Shown in pieces: positions 55,713 to 64,000 of a stretch of 64,000 bases of DNA. Every line of letters starts with the position of its first letter. Within the stretch, counting starts at the first letter, position 1. The stretch lies in IMG/VR virus record IMGVR_UViG_2579778687_000002. The stretch is one strand, 5' to 3'. The stretch is from an uncultured virus (IMG/VR IMGVR_UViG_2579778687_000002). Lineage: Duplodnaviria > Heunggongvirae > Uroviricota > Caudoviricetes. The notes beneath the pieces were generated by a model, which was not told the DNA's origin, searched no databases, and was given only the letters and a program-made list of their open reading frames with translations. Position numbers and translations under genes: made by a program.

Positions 55713-57481
55713 TCATCAAGCGCACCCTCTACCACTTCCACTTCTGCTGCGGCCTGGGCGGCGGTGCCGCCGGTTTCAACCGGGCGCGGCCGCGGGTCGG
55801 CAACGTCGAGGCCGAATGGGTCTGCCTCGGCGGGATCGACGTGGACCCAGCCGGACTGCGCGACTTCGAGCGCCTGGCTGGTGTCCCGGGCACCCTGCTG
55901 GACCTCTTCACCCGCGACCAGTACGTGCGGTTCCACGGCACGGAGCCGCCGGCAGGCTGGCGGGAGGCGACCCCGGAAGATATTCGGCGCGCCGCCGGCG
56001 GGCGCCGACCGGATGCGGTGTTCATCAGTTCGCCCTGCAAGGGCGCCTCTGGCCTCCTCTCCGAGAAGATGAGCCTGACCCCGAAGTACCAGGCGCTGAA
56101 CGAGTTGACGCTGCGCTGCATCTGGCTCATGGGCGAGGCATGGGCTGATGACCCGGTGCCGCTGATCGTCTTCGAGAACGTCCCACGCCTCGCCAGCCGC
56201 GGCCGGCACCTGCTTGACCAGATCGGCCAGTTGCTCGGCGGGTTCGGCTACGCCGTGGCGGAAACTACTCACGACTGCGGCGAGCTGGGCGGCCTGGCTC
56301 AGTCCCGGAAAAGGTTCCTGCTGGTCGCGCGGCACGTCGAGAAAGTGCCGCCCTTCCTGTACGAGCCAGAGAAGAAGTCGCTCCGCGCCGTCGGCGACAT
56401 CCTCGGTCGCATGCCGCTTCCCGGCGACATCGAGGCCGCCGGCCCGATGCACCGTGTGCCATCCCTGCAGTGGAAGACCTGGGTGCGCCTCGCTCTGGTG
56501 CGAGCCGGCAGCGACTGGCGCAGCCTGAACGACCTGGCCGTCGAGGACGGCTACCTGCGCGATCTGATCATCGTGCCGGAGTACCACCGGGGCGTCCTGG
56601 GCGTGAATCACTGGGGCGATTCGTGTGGCGTTGTCGCCGGCGCGAGCCGCCCGATGAACGGGCGGTTCTCAGTCGCGGATCCTCGCGCGCCGGCAAACGC
56701 CCTGCAATACCAGCAGTACGGCGTGCGCCGCTGGACCGACACCTCGGGCGCCATCATCGGCGTCAAGTCGCCCGGCCAAGGCACGTACTCCGTCGCCGAT
56801 CCCCGCGGCCAGAGTTTCGGCAAGTATCCGGTCACCGACTGGGACGGCCCAGCCGGCACCGTGATCGCGGCCAGTACTACCGGCCAGGGTGCATTTGCTG
56901 TCGCGGACCCGCGCCACAGCGGCCCTGCCAAACACTCGAATGAGTTCCGCATCGTGCCTTGGAGCCGCCATGCACAAGCGGTTACCAGTGCCCACGGCAC
57001 AGGGCAATGCGTCGAAGACCCGCGGGTGCTCAACCGGACGAAGGGAGACTCCTACCTCACCGGCGGCCACTACGGCGTGGTGGGCTTCGACCAGTCCGCC
57101 GGCGCAGTGTCGGCCAGCGCCAGGCACGACAATGGCCGGTGGAGCGTTGCCGATCCGCGCATGCCGGCCGCGAATGACCGTCTGACCTGCATCATCCGCA
57201 GCCTGGACGGCACCTGGCACAGGCCGTTTACCACCCTGGAACTCGCCGCGCTGCAGAGCTTGGTCGACCCCGAAGAGCAGTTGGTCCTCGACGGCCTGAG
57301 CGACAGCGACTGGCGCGAGCGCATCGGCAACGCCGTACCGCCGGCCGCCGCCGAGGCCATCGCCGGCGTGATGGGCACCACCCTGCTGCTGGCCGAGGCC
57401 GGCGAAACCTTCATGCTCAGCAATACGCCGATCTGGGTGCGCCCGGTTGCGGTGGCGCTGAGTGTCGTATTGCCAGAATGA
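55709..57481 (+). CDS. DNA cytosine-C5 methyltransferase with tandem internal repeats
   Basis: motif I FCCGLGG, IV SPCKG, VI ENV, VIII QSRKR, X IGNAVP. Confidence 0.9.
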   Translation: MIIKRTLYHFHFCCGLGGGAAGFNRARPRVGNVEAEWVCLGGIDVDPAGLRDFERLAGVPGTLLDLFTRDQYVRFHGTEPPAGWREATPEDIRRAAGGRRPDAVFISSPCKGASGLLSEKMSLTPKYQALNELTLRCIWLMGEAWADDPVPLIVFENVPRLASRGRHLLDQIGQLLGGFGYAVAETTHDCGELGGLAQSRKRFLLVARHVEKVPPFLYEPEKKSLRAVGDILGRMPLPGDIEAAGPMHRVPSLQWKTWVRLALVRAGSDWRSLNDLAVEDGYLRDLIIVPEYHRGVLGVNHWGDSCGVVAGASRPMNGRFSVADPRAPANALQYQQYGVRRWTDTSGAIIGVKSPGQGTYSVADPRGQSFGKYPVTDWDGPAGTVIAASTTGQGAFAVADPRHSGPAKHSNEFRIVPWSRHAQAVTSAHGTGQCVEDPRVLNRTKGDSYLTGGHYGVVGFDQSAGAVSASARHDNGRWSVADPRMPAANDRLTCIIRSLDGTWHRPFTTLELAALQSLVDPEEQLVLDGLSDSDWRERIGNAVPPAAAEAIAGVMGTTLLLAEAGETFMLSNTPIWVRPVAVALSVVLPE

Positions 57482-57662
57482 TAGCCACTAACTGTCCCAA
57501 CGTAGGTTGTCAAGATAAGCGGCAATCGCCTCCGTCAAGAGAGTATCGCCCCTAGCGGCGCCGCCACACAGGTCTAGTAGCATAAACCTACGTAGAACGG
57601 TAAGGTTATGAGGATGATCTGCTTGGCAAACTGCCGCCTGAAAGGAGCATTCAGTAAGAGAT

Positions 57663-58727
57663 ATGAGGAAAAGACATCCAACGGACGAGATATATCAGAG
57701 CATTGCCGACAGAAGGTCTCTGAAGGCTAGCAGATCGACCAGAAAATACAATCCAAACAAAGCCACTCATGCCAAGAGAATACTTGACAGAGAAGTGGTG
57801 CCAGCTCCAAGCAGCATCTCTTTCTTCGGAAAAGAGAATTACAAAAAATTCTTTGAGTTCATAAAGAAACTGCACATCACATCATCAAGGTCGAAAATAA
57901 TAATAGATCTACAAAAAACAAAAGACATAAAAATTTCCGCCGCATTAATTCTCTACGCAACAGTAGAAATTATTCAAAAAAAACAAAAAAAGAAAGATCC
58001 TGTTAAAACAACAGTGTGCAGGCACTCCGGCGTCGCAAATGGACTACAACGCATCGGCCTCTGGAGACTTACGAAAGAAAGCAAGCATATTCGAAAAAAT
58101 CTCTCCATGGGATTTGAGGTTTGCTCAACCTCCTACAAAGACCAACAGAGTGGCGACACCTCTCAACTCAGGCGCGCAATAACGTATGTTCAAGAGGCAA
58201 TCAAAACCTCGGGAATGAATGAAGAAGAGGGGGTAAAGGCATTTGCAGCAATAACTGAGTCTTTTAGTAACGTCTGGCAACACGCATATGATGACGATTT
58301 CTATCCAAAACCTCTGCCAGATGATGAAAAAAATTGGTGGATAGTTGTCGAGAAAATTGAAAACCAATTATTCATTGCAGTGTACGACTCAGGAGTCGGC
58401 ATACCAGCAACACTTTCAAAAAAACCTTGGTACAGCGATATAATTGATCATCTATTGGGTTCACTTGGCTTCCCCAGCTCTAACGACAGCTTAGCAATTA
58501 GAGCAGCGGTTGAGTATGGTAATTCGAGGTTTAAGACGGGAGGCAGAGGAAAAGGACTGGCCGAAGCGCAGGACTTTGTCACCGCGAACCCTGAAGGACA
58601 AATGCTAATATATAGTGGGCTTGGCTCTTACGAATTCAACGCTATGACACCTAACATAGACAGCATAGAACCTCTGCCAGACAGAATGCCGGGCACATTC
58701 ATACAGTGGAATATCCGGCTAGGATAA
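57663..58727 (+). CDS. STAS-like domain fused to GHKL ATPase/kinase
   Basis: N box ESFSNVWQHAY, G1 YDSGVGIP, G2 GRGKGL, G3 PGT; N-terminal IIIDLQKTKDI strand; AT-rich. Confidence 0.85.
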   Translation: MRKRHPTDEIYQSIADRRSLKASRSTRKYNPNKATHAKRILDREVVPAPSSISFFGKENYKKFFEFIKKLHITSSRSKIIIDLQKTKDIKISAALILYATVEIIQKKQKKKDPVKTTVCRHSGVANGLQRIGLWRLTKESKHIRKNLSMGFEVCSTSYKDQQSGDTSQLRRAITYVQEAIKTSGMNEEEGVKAFAAITESFSNVWQHAYDDDFYPKPLPDDEKNWWIVVEKIENQLFIAVYDSGVGIPATLSKKPWYSDIIDHLLGSLGFPSSNDSLAIRAAVEYGNSRFKTGGRGKGLAEAQDFVTANPEGQMLIYSGLGSYEFNAMTPNIDSIEPLPDRMPGTFIQWNIRLG

Positions 58728-58730
58728 TTT

Positions 58731-59054
58731 ATGAAAAGCGAAATCACAATTGATGTTGCCAAAAGTTTTTCTGACATGCCTTACGGCAGGAACGAAAAAG
58801 ATGGAAAATTTAACGGATTCGCATTTAGAAAACTTCTGGTTGAGAAACTCAGCGAATACCAGAAGGTAAAGGTTGACTTAAATGGTACATTAGGCTGCGG
58901 ATCATCCTTCACAGATGAAGCCTTTGGTGGCCTGGTAGCATATGAAGGTTTTAAGCCAGAAGAAGTACTAGAAAGGGTCGAAATAATTTACAGATATGAC
59001 AGCATAGTGAGAACCATAAGAAAATATATTGAAGATGCTAAACCAGCGAGCTAA
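58731..59054 (+). CDS. STAS-like (DUF4325-type) protein
   Basis: VKVDLNGTLGCGSSFTDEAFGGL. Confidence 0.85.
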   Translation: MKSEITIDVAKSFSDMPYGRNEKDGKFNGFAFRKLLVEKLSEYQKVKVDLNGTLGCGSSFTDEAFGGLVAYEGFKPEEVLERVEIIYRYDSIVRTIRKYIEDAKPAS

Positions 59055-59587
59055 TGGAGACGACTATGTCATTACCATTTTGGTTAGCCATGGCGGGCTG
59101 GGCATTCACTTATTTAAATTCTAGAGCCTTAGCGAAGCAAGCTGAGGCTAATGCTATTGTCGCGACCGTAGACAAAATGCTGCAAGAAATTTCGGACGAG
59201 AATTACAAATTTTGGCGCGATGCAGACTCTTCCGACCAAGAGCACACAATGAAATGCCAACTCTTTCAATCCTACATTACATTCAGGTGCAATTTTATAG
59301 AACTACGCATAAAGGCCTTAAGAATAAAGTGCAGCAACCGTATTATGTGGGACGGGAACTTTGATACTTTCGAAACAAAGGCTATTACTCTAATAGCGGA
59401 GCTTAGGGATCTGGCCACGTTAGATTCAGAACAAACTAACGATGTCGACCAGATGCAACGAAGACGAAAAATAATGCTCGTAAACAAAAAGACGATTGAT
59501 CTTCACGAAATAATGAGCGATTTTATTCTAAGTCGCTTCAGATCCATATTTAGCTTCGAAAAGAACAAAGAGGAAGCATCACTATAG
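59054..59587 (+). CDS. membrane-anchored helical protein, third gene of the island
   Basis: N-terminal hydrophobic LPFWLAMAGWAFTYL; TAATG coupling to the STAS gene. Confidence 0.8.
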   Translation: METTMSLPFWLAMAGWAFTYLNSRALAKQAEANAIVATVDKMLQEISDENYKFWRDADSSDQEHTMKCQLFQSYITFRCNFIELRIKALRIKCSNRIMWDGNFDTFETKAITLIAELRDLATLDSEQTNDVDQMQRRRKIMLVNKKTIDLHEIMSDFILSRFRSIFSFEKNKEEASL

Positions 59588-59717
59588 GAAGAGCCGCAAC
59601 TCCCGTATTCTTTATTATATGGAAACTTTTCCCCTGTAATGTGAAGTACGCGCTCGGCGGCTCAATCGAGTCCATCCCGTTCCTACCCAAAAGCCGCCAG
59701 CTTCACACTCCTAAGCG

Positions 59718-60095
59718 TTGGTGCGTTACTGGCTCCAGCACTCCAGTGGACCGCAACTGTTCGACTGGAACCCCGCGGAACGCTGCCATGTCCCGATCGT
59801 GGTCCCCGACGTGCCTGCCGGCGTTCCGGCTCCGCTGCGGCTCACCCAATGGAAGGAAGGCGCGCTGAAGGTGATCGCCACGCTACGCCGCCAGGGCTTC
59901 ATCACAATGAGGCAGATCGCCGAATGCGGCGTCAGCGCCACGAACTGGACGCGATCCTGGCTCGACAAGGGCGCCGAGCGCGGCACGTGGGTTGAGTCTG
60001 CCCGCATGCCAGCGTTCGACCAGCAGCACCCCGAGGCCTTCACCAAGATCCAGCAGGCGCTGGACAAGAGCGCCCAGCCCACCCTCTTCACCTGA
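59718..60095 (+). pseudogene. probable 5'-truncated phage gene next to the island
   Basis: GC-rich phage-like coding resumes abruptly near 59720; ORF has a TTG start with no clear SD. Confidence 0.45.
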
Positions 60096-60102
60096 GCCAA
60101 CC

Positions 60103-60297
60103 ATGCCCAACTACTACCCCAAGGGCGGGCGCTGCCGCGCCTGCGAGCGACGCCTGGACGACTGTTCGAGCTTCGACTTCAGCACGATGCCGGTCCACCG
60201 CCGTGACGGTCCCGACGTGATCGTCATCTGTACCGAGTTCCGACAGCTCAACCATGACCGGTCCCTACGAATAAACCCCAGGAGGAACTATGGCTGA
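60103..60297 (+). CDS. small Cys-rich hypothetical protein
   Basis: MPNYYPKGGRCRAC...C...ICTEF. Confidence 0.6.
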   Translation: MPNYYPKGGRCRACERRLDDCSSFDFSTMPVHRRDGPDVIVICTEFRQLNHDRSLRINPRRNYG

Positions 60298-60796
60298 GCC
60301 CCCTATCGACTACCAGATCAGTGCCGCTGACGCGCACGAACTGGCCGGCGCCGTTCTTCTGCCGGCGGACCTGCGCCGCCAGGTGTTGGAGAAAATGGCC
60401 GCCCAGCGCAACCTGGCCGCCATGCTCGACCTGTTCGCCCAGGTGCTGGGCATGGCCAACGCCGTCGCCGAGAACTGCCGTGCGATGGTGGAGTTGATCC
60501 TCATCGAGCGCGGCGAACACCCGCACACCGCGGAGCAGGCGAACCTGCCGACGATGTTCGGAGCGCTGCAAGGCGTTGTCCTGGCCGCCACTGTGGACCC
60601 ACGCGGCACGTGCGCCGGCTGTGCCTATCGCCTCGGCACCCCGGCGAACACCTCGCCGGTCACCACCTCCGATGCCATCCACTGCCGGCAGGAACTCAGC
60701 CGGTTCTACTGCCACGCCGACCTGGACGACCAGGGAAACCCGGTCCGCACCTGCGTCGGCCACGCCAAAGCCATGAAGCAAGACGCCACGAAATGA
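60290..60796 (+). CDS. hypothetical protein with Cys/His cluster
   Basis: 168 aa; AGGAGG SD; CAGCAYR, FYCH, CVGH. Confidence 0.7.
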   Translation: MAEPPIDYQISAADAHELAGAVLLPADLRRQVLEKMAAQRNLAAMLDLFAQVLGMANAVAENCRAMVELILIERGEHPHTAEQANLPTMFGALQGVVLAATVDPRGTCAGCAYRLGTPANTSPVTTSDAIHCRQELSRFYCHADLDDQGNPVRTCVGHAKAMKQDATK

Positions 60797-60893
60797 ACCG
60801 CCCCACCATCTGCCGCACCACGGGCCAACGGATAGGCCTGTGCAAATGCTTCCGCTGCCGGCCGCCGGCGCCGGAGCAACAGGAGACACCGCC

Positions 60894-61568
60894 ATGTCCT
60901 CTACCCAACACCAACTGATCAAGCAGTGCGCTACGCGCCTGCGCGGCATCGTCGAAGCCTTGGACAACATCCACGACACCAGCCCGCACCGCTGGTCGAC
61001 GGACCTCGACGAGGTGCACTCCTCAGCCGAGAGCCTGCTTGCCCTGATCAATGACCAGGCGCCGACGCAAGATGCCCAGGGCCTGGCCGGCACAGCGCTT
61101 CGTGACTCACCGGCATCGGTAGAGCAGGCAGGCGTGGATGAGCGCGCGGTTTTCGAATTCTTCGTTCGCAAGCACTGCGGCATGCCGGAGCATATCGCTG
61201 TGAACTGGGACGCCAAGTTCACCAATGATGCATGGGAGGGGTGGAAAGCCCGCGCCGCCCTGGCGCAACCCTCCCCGGCGCCGACCACTTCCGGCTACGA
61301 CCAGCTTTGGGGCTGGTTTGGCCTGAGCCGCAGCGCATACGCAGTCCTTCCGCGCGTGATGATGCACGCGATGCCGGATGACTGGCAGGCCCGATTCGCT
61401 GAACTGATGGACGAGTGGGACGACCACTGGCCGAACCAGCCGGATATCACCGCCCACGTCCAGATCAAGCAGAACAACCGGTTTATCAGCACGCCTCCGT
61501 GGCTTCTCAACTACCGGCATCCCGACCACAACCAACTGAACGCCATGCGCGGCAAGGGTGAACTGTGA
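60894..61568 (+). CDS. mosaic hypothetical protein
   Basis: MSSTQHQLIK start with AGGAG SD; AWEGWKARAAL module. Confidence 0.7.
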   Translation: MSSTQHQLIKQCATRLRGIVEALDNIHDTSPHRWSTDLDEVHSSAESLLALINDQAPTQDAQGLAGTALRDSPASVEQAGVDERAVFEFFVRKHCGMPEHIAVNWDAKFTNDAWEGWKARAALAQPSPAPTTSGYDQLWGWFGLSRSAYAVLPRVMMHAMPDDWQARFAELMDEWDDHWPNQPDITAHVQIKQNNRFISTPPWLLNYRHPDHNQLNAMRGKGEL

Positions 61569-62524
61569 TGCAAAAGAATGAGAATTTCGCAAAGCAGGCC
61601 GAGCAGGCAGAGGCGGAGCGGCCGGAGGTGGTTGGCGTCCGCTACGAGGACGGGACCATTCTGTCGGCCGAGGATTGCGGAACCGCGCTTGAGGTGTGCG
61701 CCAAGGTCCAGACGCCGCTGATGACCGTCGCCCAGCATGAGCGCATCGTCGGTGAGCTGCGGTTCGAACGCCAGCAGATGGACCGCGCTTTCACCGCGTG
61801 CATCAACGAGCGCGACGCTGCCAACGCCCGGCTGCACGAAGTAGCAACGGCCTGCGCAACGGCAGAGCAAGAGCGCGACGCTGCCTTGGTCAGGGTCGCT
61901 GAGCTGGAGAAGCAGGAGCCGGTGGCTCTCGCCAATCGCGGAATTCATGCCTTCTGGGTGAAGTGGACGGAGGCCGCTGCCGGCCTGTATGGCCCCGGCA
62001 TCAAGCTCTACGCGCACCCGGTCGCACAGGCTCAGCACAGCGTGCCGGAGGGGTGGCGCATCGAACGCTCAGCAGAGCGCATCGTCGTCATGAACCTGAA
62101 CAACGGCGCTGGTTACGCCGCCGCCCGCGATGGTGAAAGCGGAATCGCAGAATCGGTCCTGTACCTGTTGGCTGCGGATCTGCTCGCCGCCGCGCCCGGC
62201 ACGGAAGTGCCGCAAGCATGGCTCGACGTGCAGGCAGAGCGGAAGCGGCAGGTCGAGGTCGAGGGCTGGACGCCGGAGCATGACGATGCGCACAGCCACG
62301 GCCAGATGGCCCGAGCCGCCGCCTGCTACGCCCTGGCCGGCTCCAGCGCTCCGAACGATGGAACCGCCGCCCTGCTGGTGTCGCTGGCATGGCCGTGGGA
62401 TGAACAGTGGTGGAAGCCGAGCACTGCTCGACGCGATATGGTCAAGGCCTGTGCCCTGGCGCTGGCTGAGATCGAGCGCCTTGACCGGGCAGCGGCGAGT
62501 CAGGGAGGGCCAAGCGATGCGTAG
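61565..62524 (+). CDS. mosaic hypothetical protein
   Basis: 319 aa; C-terminal ERKRQVEVEGWTPEHDD...AEIERLDR module. Confidence 0.7.
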   Translation: MMQKNENFAKQAEQAEAERPEVVGVRYEDGTILSAEDCGTALEVCAKVQTPLMTVAQHERIVGELRFERQQMDRAFTACINERDAANARLHEVATACATAEQERDAALVRVAELEKQEPVALANRGIHAFWVKWTEAAAGLYGPGIKLYAHPVAQAQHSVPEGWRIERSAERIVVMNLNNGAGYAAARDGESGIAESVLYLLAADLLAAAPGTEVPQAWLDVQAERKRQVEVEGWTPEHDDAHSHGQMARAAACYALAGSSAPNDGTAALLVSLAWPWDEQWWKPSTARRDMVKACALALAEIERLDRAAASQGGPSDA

Positions 62525-62639
62525 AGCGCTGACCGCCCTCGGCATCATCGCTGCCCTCGGCCTGGCCGTGGTAGGGCTGGTGGAGATATTCCCGATTATC
62601 CGCACGCTGGCGGCCTGGCAGGCGGGGTGCTTCGGATAG
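62517..62639 (+). CDS. 40-aa membrane peptide
   Basis: MRRALTALGIIAALGLAVVGLVEIFPIIRTLAAWQAGCFG; GGAGG SD. Confidence 0.55.
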   Translation: MRRALTALGIIAALGLAVVGLVEIFPIIRTLAAWQAGCFG

Positions 62640-62648
62640 AGGCCGCGC

Positions 62649-62882
62649 TCAGGACTCGTCCGGGCTCTTCCGGACGATCCGGCCGGCGCGAACTTCTTCT
62701 GCAAGGGATTCGAGTTGGACGATATTGTCGTACATCCTTCCAAGCAGCCCGCGCAAGAGGAATGCCGCCATCTCGTCGCATCGCTCGGCGATTCTGCTGA
62801 CCTCAGTCACCAACTCGTCGCCTGTAGCCGCCATATCCAGCAACTCTTGCCGTAGCTTCTGGCTCGGACGATTCATTCCCAT
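62649..62882 (-). CDS. small helical protein, homologue of the host ORF at 150-371
   Basis: MGMNRPSQKLRQELLDMA...; AAGGAG SD. Confidence 0.7.
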   Translation of the reverse strand: MGMNRPSQKLRQELLDMAATGDELVTEVSRIAERCDEMAAFLLRGLLGRMYDNIVQLESLAEEVRAGRIVRKSPDES

Positions 62883-63152
62883 GCTCAGCTCCTTCTGACA
62901 GAGACTGCCCACCGGATCAGGGGCACATGCCCGCCAAGGCTGGTCCCGTCACCGGTGAGCCGCGCAATCCTAACAGAAGAACCCGACCGAATGAGCTACC
63001 CCCATTTGCCCGATGCAGGTAGTCCATTCGACCGAGTCCGCCGCAAATTCTAAACCACGCACCCGCAAGGTAGAGGCCTCGCCCGACTAGCTGCACCTCG
63101 CCGCCCTCCAACTTTCACCCGGTCCATATAGACGGACCAGGGAGGTATTTCT

Positions 63153-63386
63153 ATGCGCAATACGCAACAGCACCAAGACATCCCCCGCTTCATCGACTTG
63201 AACATGGTCAAGATGAGAACCGGAATGGGCACCACGTTCATCTACGATCACATGAAGAAAGGGGACTTCCCGAAAGGGCGCAAGTTCGGCCGCGCCACCC
63301 GCTGGGCAGAGGCTGAAATCGACCAGTACTGCAATGGCACCTGGACTCCGCCGGCACCGGCAAACGAAGAAGAGGCCGCGGAGTGA
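63153..63386 (+). CDS. AlpA-family excisionase/regulator
   Basis: FIDLNMVKMRTGMGTTFIY..MKKGDFPK...RW pattern; adjacent to integrase. Confidence 0.85.
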   Translation: MRNTQQHQDIPRFIDLNMVKMRTGMGTTFIYDHMKKGDFPKGRKFGRATRWAEAEIDQYCNGTWTPPAPANEEEAAE

Positions 63387-64000
63387 TCACTCCGCGGCGG
63401 ATTGCTCTAACCGGTCCAGGTAGTCAGCCCAGTCTTGCATCATCGCCCTTCGACGCTCCACGTGCGCGGCATGGTTGTATGCCGCCCGCGTCTTGTTGGG
63501 GTCAGCGTGGGAAAGTTGGCCCTCGATCAACGTCGTGTCGTAGCCCATTTCATGCAGCGCGGTGGAGAAAGTCCCCCTCACTCCATGGCCAGTTAGCAGC
63601 CCGTCGAACCCAAGGCGCTTGATCGCCTGGTTGATGGTGTTCTCGCTCATCATCTTCGTCGGATCATTTCGACCTGCGAACGCGAACGGGTATTTTCCCG
63701 TCTTCTGCAGCAACCGCCTGACCTCCTCAATCGCTTGCCGCGACAGCGGCACGATGTACGGAGGCACCTCTTCCCCGTCCTTGCGCACCTTGCCGCGCAG
63801 TTGCTTCACCCTTCCGGGCGGGACAGTCCATATCCCCTTTTCTAGATCGAAGTCTGCCGGCGCAGCCTTTCGAAGCTCGATCGTACGTACCGCGGTCAGA
63901 AGCATCAGACGAACGGCGATCCTTGTGATCTCGGACCCCTGGTAAGACCGCAGCCTCACAAGAAAGGCTGGAAGCTCTTCGCCATCATGCGCAAGAATCG
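63387..64000 (-). CDS. int: tyrosine integrase, C-terminal part (5' end outside the window)
   Basis: catalytic motifs TAVRTIELR, HGVR, LSH, AYNHA. Confidence 0.93.
   Translation of the reverse strand, partial: ILAHDGEELPAFLVRLRSYQGSEITRIAVRLMLLTAVRTIELRKAAPADFDLEKGIWTVPPGRVKQLRGKVRKDGEEVPPYIVPLSRQAIEEVRRLLQKTGKYPFAFAGRNDPTKMMSENTINQAIKRLGFDGLLTGHGVRGTFSTALHEMGYDTTLIEGQLSHADPNKTRAAYNHAAHVERRRAMMQDWADYLDRLEQSAAE

Larger units (their letters stand above)
703..64000. mobile_element. temperate podovirus-type prophage (F116-like), continues past the window end
   Basis: att fragment, lysis, virion, packaging, replication, immunity, recombination, xis and int modules in contiguous order. Confidence 0.93.

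Overview
Nearly the whole window (about 703 to >64000) is one temperate podovirus-type prophage. Gene order and size resemble the Pseudomonas aeruginosa F116-like group, judged from memory with no database search. It sits in the 3' end of a tRNA-Leu gene next to a host tRNA-His. From left to right: host small gene, tRNA-His and att end; accessory genes; lysis cassette (holin, SAR-type lysozyme, Rz/Rz1); a 3775-aa polyvalent ejection-type protein; tail, head and packaging genes (minus strand); nin and replication genes with an iteron origin; the cro/cI switch; a long plus-strand early operon (CsrA fusion, ERF, YqaJ exonuclease, DEDDh exonuclease, SSB, RdgC-FtsK-gamma, PAPS-reductase-like protein, C5 methyltransferase); AlpA-type excisionase; and the 3' part of a tyrosine integrase. 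The observations I rate highest are: (1) a divergent CsrA-fold gene in the late operon plus a repeated GCGCA-GGAG-TGC hairpin at late-gene start regions, a possible phage translational control system; (2) an AT-rich three-gene island (STAS-like/GHKL kinase, STAS protein, membrane-anchored protein) that looks like a phosphorylation-switched defence module; (3) a four-copy late-promoter motif; (4) a LexA box upstream of an unannotated 40-aa membrane peptide; (5) three homologues of one small helical protein family, one host and two phage. All functional calls come from motifs read by eye.
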